In this document: positions 1 to 9,216 of the stretch, piece after piece
How the letters are laid out: the number at the start of each line of letters is the position of its first letter
Position numbering within the stretch: position 1 is the first letter of the stretch
NCBI GenBank assembly: GCA_963783375.1
Contig: CAWANH010000003.1
Location: forward strand, 32,001-96,000
Reading direction: 5' to 3'
Source: Candidatus Eiseniibacteriota bacterium
Lineage (GTDB): Bacteria; Eisenbacteria; RBG-16-71-46; JABDJR01
DNA length: 64,000 nucleotides
Made by a program: the position numbers and the translations under genes
Notes under the pieces: generated by a model
Told to the model about the DNA's origin: nothing
Database searches by the model: none
Seen by the model: only the letters and a program-made list of their open reading frames with translations

Positions 1-2231
1 AGCCGGCCGGCCCCCTCCCCCGCCTCGGGATCCCCGAACCGGTACGCGTCGAACCCGGCCGGGCGGAACCGCGTCTCCTCCCGCACCAGGGTCCAGGTGA
101 AGGCGGCCCCGGCCAGCGGGGCGCCGAAGTAGTACGAACCGGCGACCGTGGCCGACATGACGTCCCCGGGATAGACCGGACCCGGGTGCGCGCCCACCGA
201 GGCCTTGAAGTTCGGCGCCCGGTAGGCGGCGATCCGCACGCTCTGCCGGCCGATGGCGACCGGGGTAGCGGTCCCGGTCCGGTACACCACGACGGAGACC
301 GACCCCACCCTCACGTCGGACGCGGTGGGGACGTCGAGCGCGAACCCTCCGAGAGGGTCCAGGGCGAGAGCGCGGTCGGCGAGAGCGGAGCCTTGGGGGT
401 CGCGCACCGCGACCCGGACGCTCTCCACCCCGGCGAGAGTGACGCCGGCGGCCCCCAGCCGCCGGACAAGCCCGCTCAGATGCACGGTCTCCCCCGGACG
501 GTAGAGATCGCGGTCGCCGTAGACGAAGGCGGAGAGATCGCTCCCGCCCCCGGAGTCCTGGGGAAGCTTGAAGCGCCAGGCGGAGAGCCGCCAGTCGCCG
601 TCGCCGTCGTCGAGGGCCGCCCCTCCGGGGGCTTCGGCGGTCACGGTGACCCGCCAGGGATCGGCGGCGAGGCTCCGGATCCCGGGAAGGGCGACGGTGC
701 CGCCCGGACCCGAGCGGCCCTCCCAGAGCACGGTTCCGTTCTGGCCGCGAAAGGCCACCGAGGCTCCGGCGACCGGTTCGCCGGTGGTGAGGCGGGTCAC
801 CCACGCCTCGCCCGCGTCGAGCGAGGTCTTGGAGGTGAGGCCGATGTCGCTCCAGCGGAGAATCGACCGGGCGGTTCCGATCGACGGGCCCCGCGGGCCG
901 CCGGGATCGGTGGTCGAGGCCTCGACCAGGACCGCCCCCCTGCCGTCGGAGAGGAGGGCGGAGAGATCCACCACGGTGTCGGCCAGGGCGTTTCGGGGCT
1001 CCCCCCGGTAGAGCACGCGGTCGAGGGCCCAGGAGGAGGGCGCGGTCCGAAGGCCCCGGCGGGAGCGTACCTCGTCGGCCACGGTGTAGGGCAGGGCCCG
1101 GATCCGCACCTCGCGGCTCCCCCCGTAGCGGACGATGACCCGGCGTGGAACGTCCGGGGTGAGAACGGAGGTGGACGGGAAGAGCTGGACGGTGGGAGGC
1201 CGGTCCGACGTCGTGAAGCGGAAGGAAACGTCGCGAGGAAGGGGCTGGCCGAAAACGTCGGGCATCCCCGCCCGGAGCGTTCCCTCATAGTCCGCGCCGA
1301 AAGCGAGGTTTCCCACGATCAGCCGGGAGCGGTTCGACCAGACGCTCCAGCTTCCGGGGGCGGGATCCAGCCGCAGGTAGCGACGAAGGGTGTCGGGGTC
1401 CACCGGGGTCCGGAATTCCAGCGACAGGTTCTCCGCCGCCTTCGCCGAAACCAGGCCGGGCGGTCCAAAGGTGCGGAAAGGAATCTGGATTTCGGCGGCC
1501 AGGGAAAGCGGTCCGAGGCGGCCGCGCAGGGACTCCTTGATTCGAAGGGTGTAGGCGTGATCCATCTCCAGGGGCGACTTGTGACGGAGCACCACCGCGC
1601 GCCCGGGATCGACGCCCCGGAAGCTCCACCCCAGATCGGCCAGGAAGGCGCTGTCCGGGTGGGAGGCGGTGAACGGCCCCGTCCGGCCCAGTTCGGCGGC
1701 GTCGGAAACTTCCCGGGGGTCCACGGGCTGGTTGAAGACGAGGACCAGGGGGTCGTCGGGGCGGAAGAGGCTGTCCCCCTTTTCGGGGACCGACTTCACC
1801 AGCTCGGGGCGGGGGGTCTGGAATTCCCAGGTCGTCGCTTCCCCGAGTCGGGTGCCGTCCACCGCCTTCACCCCGGCGGGGACCTCGGCCTTGAACGCGG
1901 TGGCGGGAGGAAGGCCGCCGGAAACCACGTAGCTGAGCGTCCGGGTACCCACCCAGTGGTAGTACCCTTCGGGGCGGGGATCGAGACGGAGGAGCTTCTC
2001 CCCGGCCTTCGGCGAGGGATCGTCGGCCCCCAGGGGGACCACCGGCCGGTCGAAGATCACGTCCACCGAGGTGCGGACGTCGGTGGCGTCCCTGGGGAGC
2101 ACGGTGGCCACCGTGAGGGGTCCGGCCGGGACCTCGGCGGCGGGAGCATGCTTCCGGCCGCAGCCGGCCAGGACGACCAGGATTCCCAGGATGGCCAGGC
2201 GCCGGGCCGCCGGGCCGAGGCTTCGAAACAC
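1..2231 (-). CDS. Alpha-2-macroglobulin family lipoprotein, N-terminal part (runs off window start)
   Basis: Translated by hand from GTG at 2231: MFRSLGPAARRLAILGILVVLAGC (lipobox), Ig-like VIFDRPVVP and LVFNQPVDP segments, and VRIAAYRAPNFKASV...GDVMSATVAGSYYFGAP, typical of the bacterial A2M MG2 region. Not in the ORF track because the stop is outside the window. Confidence 0.8.
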   Translation of the reverse strand, partial: MFRSLGPAARRLAILGILVVLAGCGRKHAPAAEVPAGPLTVATVLPRDATDVRTSVDVIFDRPVVPLGADDPSPKAGEKLLRLDPRPEGYYHWVGTRTLSYVVSGGLPPATAFKAEVPAGVKAVDGTRLGEATTWEFQTPRPELVKSVPEKGDSLFRPDDPLVLVFNQPVDPREVSDAAELGRTGPFTASHPDSAFLADLGWSFRGVDPGRAVVLRHKSPLEMDHAYTLRIKESLRGRLGPLSLAAEIQIPFRTFGPPGLVSAKAAENLSLEFRTPVDPDTLRRYLRLDPAPGSWSVWSNRSRLIVGNLAFGADYEGTLRAGMPDVFGQPLPRDVSFRFTTSDRPPTVQLFPSTSVLTPDVPRRVIVRYGGSREVRIRALPYTVADEVRSRRGLRTAPSSWALDRVLYRGEPRNALADTVVDLSALLSDGRGAVLVEASTTDPGGPRGPSIGTARSILRWSDIGLTSKTSLDAGEAWVTRLTTGEPVAGASVAFRGQNGTVLWEGRSGPGGTVALPGIRSLAADPWRVTVTAEAPGGAALDDGDGDWRLSAWRFKLPQDSGGGSDLSAFVYGDRDLYRPGETVHLSGLVRRLGAAGVTLAGVESVRVAVRDPQGSALADRALALDPLGGFALDVPTASDVRVGSVSVVVYRTGTATPVAIGRQSVRIAAYRAPNFKASVGAHPGPVYPGDVMSATVAGSYYFGAPLAGAAFTWTLVREETRFRPAGFDAYRFGDPEAGEGAGR

Positions 2232-2506
2232 GTCTTACCCCCCGCGTCGAAGGAATGCGCTCCGAACGATCGCGCGCCGTTCCCGTTTATCCTCGGGCCA
2301 ACCGGCGGGAGACGCAAGGGGGGCCCGTCCCGAACCCGCCACCCGGAATCACCCCGCGATCGAGGAGCGGTTTCCCCCGCCGCCCGCCGCGTTCACCCGC
2401 CCCGGCCGACGGGGCCGCCCACCGGCCCGGATAGGACGACGCCCGATCCGGAGAGTCTCCGGACCGGGCGAAGCGCCTCGGATCGCGACCGGCGTCGATT
2501 CGCGGG

Positions 2507-4144
2507 CTACGACGACGAGGAGACCTTCACCCACCGGGCGTCGTTGCTCGGCTTCAGGGGGGTGTTCTCCTGCACGTACTTGGTCAGGGTCTCGAGGTCG
2601 GTGTAGCCGGTGTAGAGGATATCCTCCGGGCTCAGCTCGTCGCGGAGGCGCCACATCCCGCTGTTCCCCTGGGCCAGGTAGTCGGTGAGGGCCACCTTGT
2701 AGGTCTTGTCGGGATCCAGCGGCTGGCCGCCCACGGTGATGTCCACGATCCGGTCCCCGTCCGGGCGGGAGAGGTCGTAGCGAACCTTGCCTCCGGAGAT
2801 GAAGATGCCCCCCGCCTGTCCGGTCAGCTTGTCCTCGAGAATGGCCCGGAGGAGCGACCCCTTCATGTTCACCAGCACCATCTGGTTCCCGAAGGGAGAC
2901 ACCGTCAGGAGGTCCCTCCGGGTGATCGTCCCGGGGGAGATGTCCGCCCGAACCCCGCCGGTGTTCTGGAACGCGAAGTCGGCATTCAGGATCGTCCGGT
3001 AGGCGTCCGCCACCACGAACCCCATGAGGGCGCTGTTGGGCGACCCGCGCTGGAGGAGCACCTCGGTCCGCCCCACCGTCTCTTCCAGCCCCGCCTCCGC
3101 CTTCGAGACCTCGGCCTGGATCACCTCCTTCTGGAGCTCGTCCGGCCAGATCTCGTCCTCGAACAGGGTGACCAGCGCGCCCCGGTCGGCGTGGGTCTCG
3201 AACCCGAGGAGCGACTTGGTGACGGGGTCGATCTTCAGGGTGACGTCCCCGATGCTGGAGCCGTTGGCGTAGGGCTCGAACACCAGGGTGTGGGTCCGGG
3301 GATCCTCCCAGGGCTGGTCGTACCCCTGGTGGGTGTGGCCCCCGAAGATCGCGTCCACGCCCCAGAGCATGTGGGCGATCTCCATGGCGTTCATGCCGTA
3401 GTGGGGAAGCCCGCCGTCCTTCTCCCGCTGGATCATGCGGCGGTACTCGTTGTCCCGCTCCGGCTTGTAGGGAAGGCCGGCGTGCATGAGCACGAAGACC
3501 AGGTCCGCGCCCTCCGCCCGCACCGTTTTCACGTCTTTCTGCAGGGCCTCGAAAACCGGCTCGAACTCGATCCCCTCGATGTTCTTCCCGAAGGACATGT
3601 TGGCGGTGGTTTCGGTGCAGTAGCCGAGCACCGCGATCTTGACCCCCTTGGCGTCGAGCCACACCGGGGAGGGGTCGACCCAGTCCTCGGTCTTCTTGGT
3701 CTTCGCGTCGAGGATGTTGGTTCCCAGGATCGGGAACTTGGCCAGCTCGATCAGACGCTTGGTGTTCTCCCACCCGAGGTCGAAGTCGTGGTTCCCCAGG
3801 GCCACCGCCGTGTAGTCCATGGCGTTCATCCACTGGATGATCGCGGTGCCCTTGGTGTTGATGCCCAGGGGGGTCCCCTGGAAGAGGTCGCCGGAGTCGA
3901 AGAGGAAGACCGGCCGCCCCGCCGCCTTGGCCGCGGCACGCGCGTTCTGGATGTAGGTGGTGGCGGAGGCGCCTCCTCCCAGGGGCGGAGGAAAGTTGGG
4001 GTTCAGGAACGTGGCGTCGTCGTGGGCGATGTGTCCGTGGATATCGCTGGTGTAGAGGATCTCCAGCGAGATCGGAGGCTTCTCGGGGGCGGCCCCCCCG
4101 AGGAACAGAAGCCCGAGGACGGCCAGGATGCTGAATCGCTTCAT
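2507..4144 (-). CDS. Secreted bifunctional metallophosphatase/5'-nucleotidase (UshA-like)
   Basis: Signal peptide; motifs TSDIHGH, DSGDLFQG, GNHDFD, GGHTH; C-terminal NTGGVRA, PFGN, TDYLAQG. Confidence 0.92.
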   Translation of the reverse strand: MKRFSILAVLGLLFLGGAAPEKPPISLEILYTSDIHGHIAHDDATFLNPNFPPPLGGGASATTYIQNARAAAKAAGRPVFLFDSGDLFQGTPLGINTKGTAIIQWMNAMDYTAVALGNHDFDLGWENTKRLIELAKFPILGTNILDAKTKKTEDWVDPSPVWLDAKGVKIAVLGYCTETTANMSFGKNIEGIEFEPVFEALQKDVKTVRAEGADLVFVLMHAGLPYKPERDNEYRRMIQREKDGGLPHYGMNAMEIAHMLWGVDAIFGGHTHQGYDQPWEDPRTHTLVFEPYANGSSIGDVTLKIDPVTKSLLGFETHADRGALVTLFEDEIWPDELQKEVIQAEVSKAEAGLEETVGRTEVLLQRGSPNSALMGFVVADAYRTILNADFAFQNTGGVRADISPGTITRRDLLTVSPFGNQMVLVNMKGSLLRAILEDKLTGQAGGIFISGGKVRYDLSRPDGDRIVDITVGGQPLDPDKTYKVALTDYLAQGNSGMWRLRDELSPEDILYTGYTDLETLTKYVQENTPLKPSNDARWVKVSSSS

Positions 4145-4349
4145 TGCAGTCTCTTCCTCTCCGCCGTATCCGGGCCGGGAGCGGACTCCACGAAACCGGA
4201 GTAGGGACGGCTCAGGGACGGTTCGGGGTCTTGTAGTTCCCGTCCGAAAGCTGGCTCAGGTCACCGCCGGTGCGATGGGCCACGATTGAAGTGGCAGGAT
4301 CGCCGGTCGCCCGGAGACGGATCGCCGCACCCTCTTTGATACACAAGGC

Positions 4350-5645
4350 CTAGAACGCATAATCCACGCCAAAATGGATCCGAACCAGGGTGTCTTCCAC
4401 CCGGTCCTTGCTGGCTCCCACCCCGAAGTTCTGGTTGTTCAGGTCTCCGCGTGAGCGGACCGGGTCCTGACGGCTCACCCGCTTCGACACTTCCCCGGAC
4501 ACATCGAGCTTCATCTGGTCGATCACGTACCCGAATCCGAAGGTGAAGGCCGAGGTCTGGGCTTCGGTCATCCCGTAGGAATCGCCGAAACGGAACCCGA
4601 TCCGGGCGGGGAGATTGTTGTAGAAGATGTGCTCGATCCCGAACCTCCCCTGCCAGGTGTCGTTCAGGGTGGCGGGAAGCCCGTAGTCGCTCTGAAGAAT
4701 GTCCGCCGGGAGCTTGTCCTTCAGCTCGGACCAGGGCATGTAGACCACGTCCGCGGCGAAGGTGGTCTCGAAGGTGTTCCGGGGCCGGTAGGCCAGTCCG
4801 CCCTGCACGCGGAGGGGCAGGGTCAGGTCGGCGTTGGAGTTCTCGGGGGAGACCTCCACCCCGTTGTACCAGAGGGTGTAGTCGTCGTGGAGCTTGGGGG
4901 CGGTCTCGATCGAGGCCCCCACGTCCAGGCGTTCATCCACGTGGGCCAGGGCCCCGATGGTGACCGAGAACCCGTCCAGCTTCCGCTCCAGGACGGTGTC
5001 GGTGCCGGACGAGTAGAAGGAGGTCGGGAACCGGACCAGGGCCCGGCGATCGGTGAAGGTTCCGAAGTAGTAGTTCACCGCCGCTCCCAGCGAGGATCCC
5101 TCCCCGAGGGGCAGCGCCACCCCGGCGCTGAGGCTGCGGAGCATCCCCTCGGAGGTGATGATCTTGTTGTTCAGCAGGGTGTCGCCTACGTCCTGGGACC
5201 GCAGTTCGTCCAGGTAGTCGAAGCGCGGGTCGTAGCGATTGAAGATCCCCACCGACACCAGGATGCCGCGCTTGCCCCATCGATCGAGAACGAATCCGCC
5301 CTGGACCCCGCCGTATCCGTTGTCGTTCACCGCGATGGCCGTCTCGTCCACGAAGGAGTCGAAGGTGTCGAAGAGCGGAACGAAACGGTTCTCGCTGGCC
5401 CGGGAAAGGGATCCTTCGATCTGCGCCCGGGTTCCCGGCGTGAGGACCATGGCCGCCGGGTTGTCCATCAGGCTGTAGGTGCCGTTCCCCATCGCCGCGC
5501 CGGCGCCGCCCATGGCCCGGGAGCGCGCGGAGAACCCCGCCTCCGGAGTCCCGTAGGCGCGATCGAGAAAGGAAAACGCGTGTGCCGGGCCGGCCGTCAC
5601 GACGATGGCGGCGGCAAGGACCAGCGACAGAATGACTCGCTTCAT
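4350..5645 (-). CDS. Outer-membrane beta-barrel protein (FadL/PorV-like)
   Basis: Signal peptide; SARSRAMGGAG...NPAAM plug motif; alternating beta strands; terminal DYAF. Confidence 0.75.
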   Translation of the reverse strand: MKRVILSLVLAAAIVVTAGPAHAFSFLDRAYGTPEAGFSARSRAMGGAGAAMGNGTYSLMDNPAAMVLTPGTRAQIEGSLSRASENRFVPLFDTFDSFVDETAIAVNDNGYGGVQGGFVLDRWGKRGILVSVGIFNRYDPRFDYLDELRSQDVGDTLLNNKIITSEGMLRSLSAGVALPLGEGSSLGAAVNYYFGTFTDRRALVRFPTSFYSSGTDTVLERKLDGFSVTIGALAHVDERLDVGASIETAPKLHDDYTLWYNGVEVSPENSNADLTLPLRVQGGLAYRPRNTFETTFAADVVYMPWSELKDKLPADILQSDYGLPATLNDTWQGRFGIEHIFYNNLPARIGFRFGDSYGMTEAQTSAFTFGFGYVIDQMKLDVSGEVSKRVSRQDPVRSRGDLNNQNFGVGASKDRVEDTLVRIHFGVDYAF

Positions 5646-5676
5646 GCTCTTTCTCCCGCGATATCAGGCCGGTGGC

Positions 5677-8295
5677 CTAGAAGGAATAGTCCAACTGAAA
5701 CCGATAGGCGCTCTGGTCACCCCGCGCGTTGGTGGCGTCCGGAGTGGGGTTCACGAGCGCCCCGTTGTTCCGGATGTCCACGTAGGTGCGCGCGAGCTGA
5801 TGGTCGGTGGTCCACTTGAACCGCCAGGAAACCTTGGGCGACAGGCGGCTCCTCACCATGAACCAGTTCCGGAAGCCGTTTCCGTCGACCACGATGAACT
5901 CGTTGTCCTCGAAGTTGTAGAGAAAGCCGTCGTAGACCTCGGTGGAGACCGTCGCGGTCAGATAGTCGCTGAAGTTGTGGCTCAAGGAGGCCTGCAGGGC
6001 CTTGGCCGGGATCCCCCGGGATCCCACCAGGTTCCCGTACACGCTCCCGCCCCCGGGGGCGCCGGAGAGGCGTGGACGGACCGCGAACTGCACGTTGGAG
6101 GTCGAGTACAGGAAGCTCATCCGGTCGTAGTCGGAGAGGTTGACCCGCATCTCGATCCGGCTGTCCCAGGACTTGAAATTCCGGAAGTCGTCCGGCCGCT
6201 GCTCGTGCCGGCTGGAGATCCGGTGGCGGATCCGGAAGCGAACCGGGAACACCGGCTGATATTCCGCCCGGACGGTGATCCGCTGCTCGTCGGCGCCGTC
6301 CGCCTTCCGGGTCCAGGTGTCGTACTCCAGGCCGGTCAGGGTAAACTGGCGGGAGAACTGGTACCGGGTGGTGAAGAACCAGCCCCGCTCCGCCTTCGGC
6401 TGGGGCTCACCTCTGGCCATCTCGGCCCAGTAGGGGTTGTTGAGCCGGTACGGGTTCCCGTCCAGGATGGTCTGCTGGTAGCGGCCGTTCTCGGAGAAGG
6501 CGCGGTTGTACGGGTTGTCGTAGCCGACGTCGTAGTCCCGGTAGAGGGCCAGGAAGTTGAAGTTCTCATACTGGACGTACGCGTTGGCGGTGAACGCCTC
6601 GGGACCCTTGGAGAAGATCCGGCTCAGGGCGTCGTTCTTGTCCGAGGTCTCGAGCTTTCCGTACTCCCCGGCCAGGGACACGTTCTTGAACACCGACTGG
6701 CCTTCGAGCCCCCAGATCCGGCGGTAGTTGCCCAGATCCATGCTGTTGTATCGCTGGGTGATCTCGGCGTCCCGGTCCTCCTGGCGGCGCAGGGGATCGA
6801 TGATCAGGGTGGTGGGATCCGGATTCCAGCGGTCGGCGCCGGGGGTGGAGTACGCGTTGTTGTGATACCGCATGTCCACCCCGGTCACTCCGAGAAAAGT
6901 GCCGGGCAGAAACTGGTACTTGAAGTTTCCGCCGACGATCTGCTCCTCCATCACGTCGCGCATGGGCTGGTAGTAGGAGCTGTCGCTGGCCCCCACCAGC
7001 GTTCCGTTACGGATGTCCTCCCGGATCCCGGCGTAGAGGTCGTTGTCGAACCGGGGAACCGCGGTGAAGTAGGAGTTGAAGGAGTGGTCGGGGTTCAGGA
7101 TGGCGTCCTTGTCGTCGTGGGAGTAGAACAAGGTGCCGCGGACGTTCCCCAGGCTCGCCTCCGCCGCCACCCCCTTCAGGGTGTACTCGTCGCTCCGGGA
7201 GAAGTCCCCCCGGAGCCCCAGCGACCGCACGTTGTAGCCGTAGCCGGTCCGCCGGGGGAGGTAGAAGTCGGTGGCGTCCATGACCAGCCCCTGGCCGAAT
7301 GCCACGGTGTAGTTCCCGACCACCGCGCTGTGGAGCTTGAACTTGCCGAGCGGCGTGTCCTTCTCCGGCAGCTCCTGGGCCTCGACGTAGGCCTTCGCCG
7401 TTTCGTCCCACTTCTCCTCGCCCAGATTCCGATGGGTGAGGACGCCGCCCCTCAGGTACCGGCCGTAGCGAAGATGGAGCTTGTTCGTCATGTAGGGACG
7501 CCAGGTCCCGATCGCCGCCCTCCCCCAGTAGGTGTTGGTGTCGAAATCCTTGGGGGTGGGCGCGATGATCTCGGTCAGGTTGTCCAGGTCGTCGAGGGAG
7601 TAGGGGGTGTTGTAGACCCGGAACTGGTAGTACCCGGTCAGCCGGTTCGGCCCGGTGGGCTCCTCGTAGCGCACGAAATCCCGTAGGTTCCGGTACCCCC
7701 AGTAGGTGATGCCGTTGGCCGAGCGGAGCTGTCGCTGATTCTCGATCCGGCCCGCCATCTTCCGTTCCTTCAGCACCGCCACCGCGTCCACCGGGGAGAC
7801 GTTCTGGAAGGAGACCAGATCGAAGTAGTTCATGCGGTTGATGTTCTGGGGGAACTTGAGCCGGTCGACGTACTGGTCGACCAGACCTTCGCTGGCCCCC
7901 TCTTCGGACAGGAACCGCTGGACGACGTAGTAGCGCTCCTGGGCGCGCCGCTCCTCTTCGCGCAGCTCCTCCCGCTCCAGCTCGAACACCGGGGTGATGT
8001 GGATCAGGGGCCGGATCTTCCCGAGAAGCTCCGGGGTCATGCCCGGGACCTCCATGAGGTCGTAGATGCTCCCGAAGTAGGCCCGATAGGTACGGTAGTG
8101 GAAGATCGCCTCCGCGACGTCGCCCGGTATGGGGAGAGCCTTGATCTGGTCCAGGCTGGCCCGGTTCAGATCGAGCTGGTTCTCCTGGGAGTAGGACGTC
8201 GCCGACCCGGCCGGCGGCTGGGCCCCGGCGCTGGCCGCGGCCCCGAGCCCCAGCAAGAGGGCGAGGAGGACGATCCCTCGGCGCTTGATCAACAC
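5677..8295 (-). CDS. ComEA-like helix-hairpin-helix domains fused to an outer-membrane beta-barrel
   Basis: Signal peptide; LDLNRASLDQIKALP...AEAIFHYR...FGSIYDLMEVPGM and a second NINRMNYFDL...AVAVLKER...QLRSANGI unit; beta-rich remainder ending FQLDYSF. Confidence 0.8.
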   Translation of the reverse strand: MLIKRRGIVLLALLLGLGAAASAGAQPPAGSATSYSQENQLDLNRASLDQIKALPIPGDVAEAIFHYRTYRAYFGSIYDLMEVPGMTPELLGKIRPLIHITPVFELEREELREEERRAQERYYVVQRFLSEEGASEGLVDQYVDRLKFPQNINRMNYFDLVSFQNVSPVDAVAVLKERKMAGRIENQRQLRSANGITYWGYRNLRDFVRYEEPTGPNRLTGYYQFRVYNTPYSLDDLDNLTEIIAPTPKDFDTNTYWGRAAIGTWRPYMTNKLHLRYGRYLRGGVLTHRNLGEEKWDETAKAYVEAQELPEKDTPLGKFKLHSAVVGNYTVAFGQGLVMDATDFYLPRRTGYGYNVRSLGLRGDFSRSDEYTLKGVAAEASLGNVRGTLFYSHDDKDAILNPDHSFNSYFTAVPRFDNDLYAGIREDIRNGTLVGASDSSYYQPMRDVMEEQIVGGNFKYQFLPGTFLGVTGVDMRYHNNAYSTPGADRWNPDPTTLIIDPLRRQEDRDAEITQRYNSMDLGNYRRIWGLEGQSVFKNVSLAGEYGKLETSDKNDALSRIFSKGPEAFTANAYVQYENFNFLALYRDYDVGYDNPYNRAFSENGRYQQTILDGNPYRLNNPYWAEMARGEPQPKAERGWFFTTRYQFSRQFTLTGLEYDTWTRKADGADEQRITVRAEYQPVFPVRFRIRHRISSRHEQRPDDFRNFKSWDSRIEMRVNLSDYDRMSFLYSTSNVQFAVRPRLSGAPGGGSVYGNLVGSRGIPAKALQASLSHNFSDYLTATVSTEVYDGFLYNFEDNEFIVVDGNGFRNWFMVRSRLSPKVSWRFKWTTDHQLARTYVDIRNNGALVNPTPDATNARGDQSAYRFQLDYSF

Positions 8296-8304
8296 GGCTG
8301 CCTC

Positions 8305-9207
8305 CTACTTCCCGGACGGAAGGACGTAGCTGATTCCGAACTGGTGGGTGGTGTCCAGGGTGCCTCCCCCGGTGGAGAAGGCGTAGTCCAGGCTGATCCC
8401 GTAATGGTTGATTCCCACCCCGGCGGTGAAGACGTTGGGCGAGGTGCGGAGACCGGCCCGGAGCCTCAGGAACTCGGTCACCTCGAACTCGGTGCCCGCC
8501 CGGTACTGGAGCGCGTCGCCCAGCTGGTTGGTGATGTCCAGAACCGTGGTCACCCCGGCGTAGGGACTGTAGGCCACCCCCGCCCCGATCTGTCGGAGCA
8601 GTTCTTCGTGGTCGATCTTGCCGATCGACGGGTTGTTGATGTTGTGGGCGTAGAACCCGACCCGGGTCCGCTCGTGGACCACGGCCTGGGCGGAGAGGTT
8701 CACCCCCACCGTGGTCGCGCTCCCCGGATCCATCCCGGTCACCGATGTGCCGTAGTCCAGCGAGTAGAGGTTCACCGACCAACCCGCGCTCACCGTGCTC
8801 TGCATGTCCTGGAGGAGCTGGAAGCCGTGAGCGAGGGAGACCGTGGTCTCGCCGGTCAGGCTCTCTCCCAGGTACTCCACCGCGAAACGACGGATCCCGA
8901 TTCCCACTCCGCCCCAGCGGCCGATCGGGGCGATCCCCGAGACCACGCTCTGGCTCGAGAAGTCGTACCCGAAGGGACGGGTATAGGAGCCCGCTCCGCG
9001 AATGTCACCGGCCCAGGCCAGGGCGGCCGGGTTGTGGAACGCGGAATAGGCGTCGGGGCCCATGGCCACGAAGGACATCCCCATGCCCCGCGACCTCGGC
9101 GAGACCTCCACGTCGTCGAAGGCCGCGGAAGCGACCCCCGCCAGGCCCGCGCAGAGGGCAACAACTGCAATCAGGATCAGACCCTTCTGGCATTTCGTCC
9201 TTGGCAT
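8305..9207 (-). CDS. PorV/PorP(SprF)-like T9SS-associated outer-membrane barrel
   Basis: Signal peptide; SPRSRGMG...AFHNPAALAW; C-terminal LDYAF...THQFGISY; directly downstream of a CTD-bearing giant protein. Confidence 0.75.
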   Translation of the reverse strand: MPRTKCQKGLILIAVVALCAGLAGVASAAFDDVEVSPRSRGMGMSFVAMGPDAYSAFHNPAALAWAGDIRGAGSYTRPFGYDFSSQSVVSGIAPIGRWGGVGIGIRRFAVEYLGESLTGETTVSLAHGFQLLQDMQSTVSAGWSVNLYSLDYGTSVTGMDPGSATTVGVNLSAQAVVHERTRVGFYAHNINNPSIGKIDHEELLRQIGAGVAYSPYAGVTTVLDITNQLGDALQYRAGTEFEVTEFLRLRAGLRTSPNVFTAGVGINHYGISLDYAFSTGGGTLDTTHQFGISYVLPSGK

Positions 9208-9216
9208 GACGCCTCC

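Noticed and set aside
186-2606. 806-aa plus-strand ORF and similar long ORFs (7999-12081, 15656-18847, 27357-30878, 33302-36394, 42905-45286)
   Set aside because: Antisense shadows of real minus-strand genes, as expected in high-GC DNA; no protein motifs.
4145-4349. Riboswitch or leader peptide upstream of the 5'-nucleotidase
   Set aside because: No recognisable purine or other aptamer consensus, and the ~44-codon ORF has no RBS. An Rfam scan would be needed.
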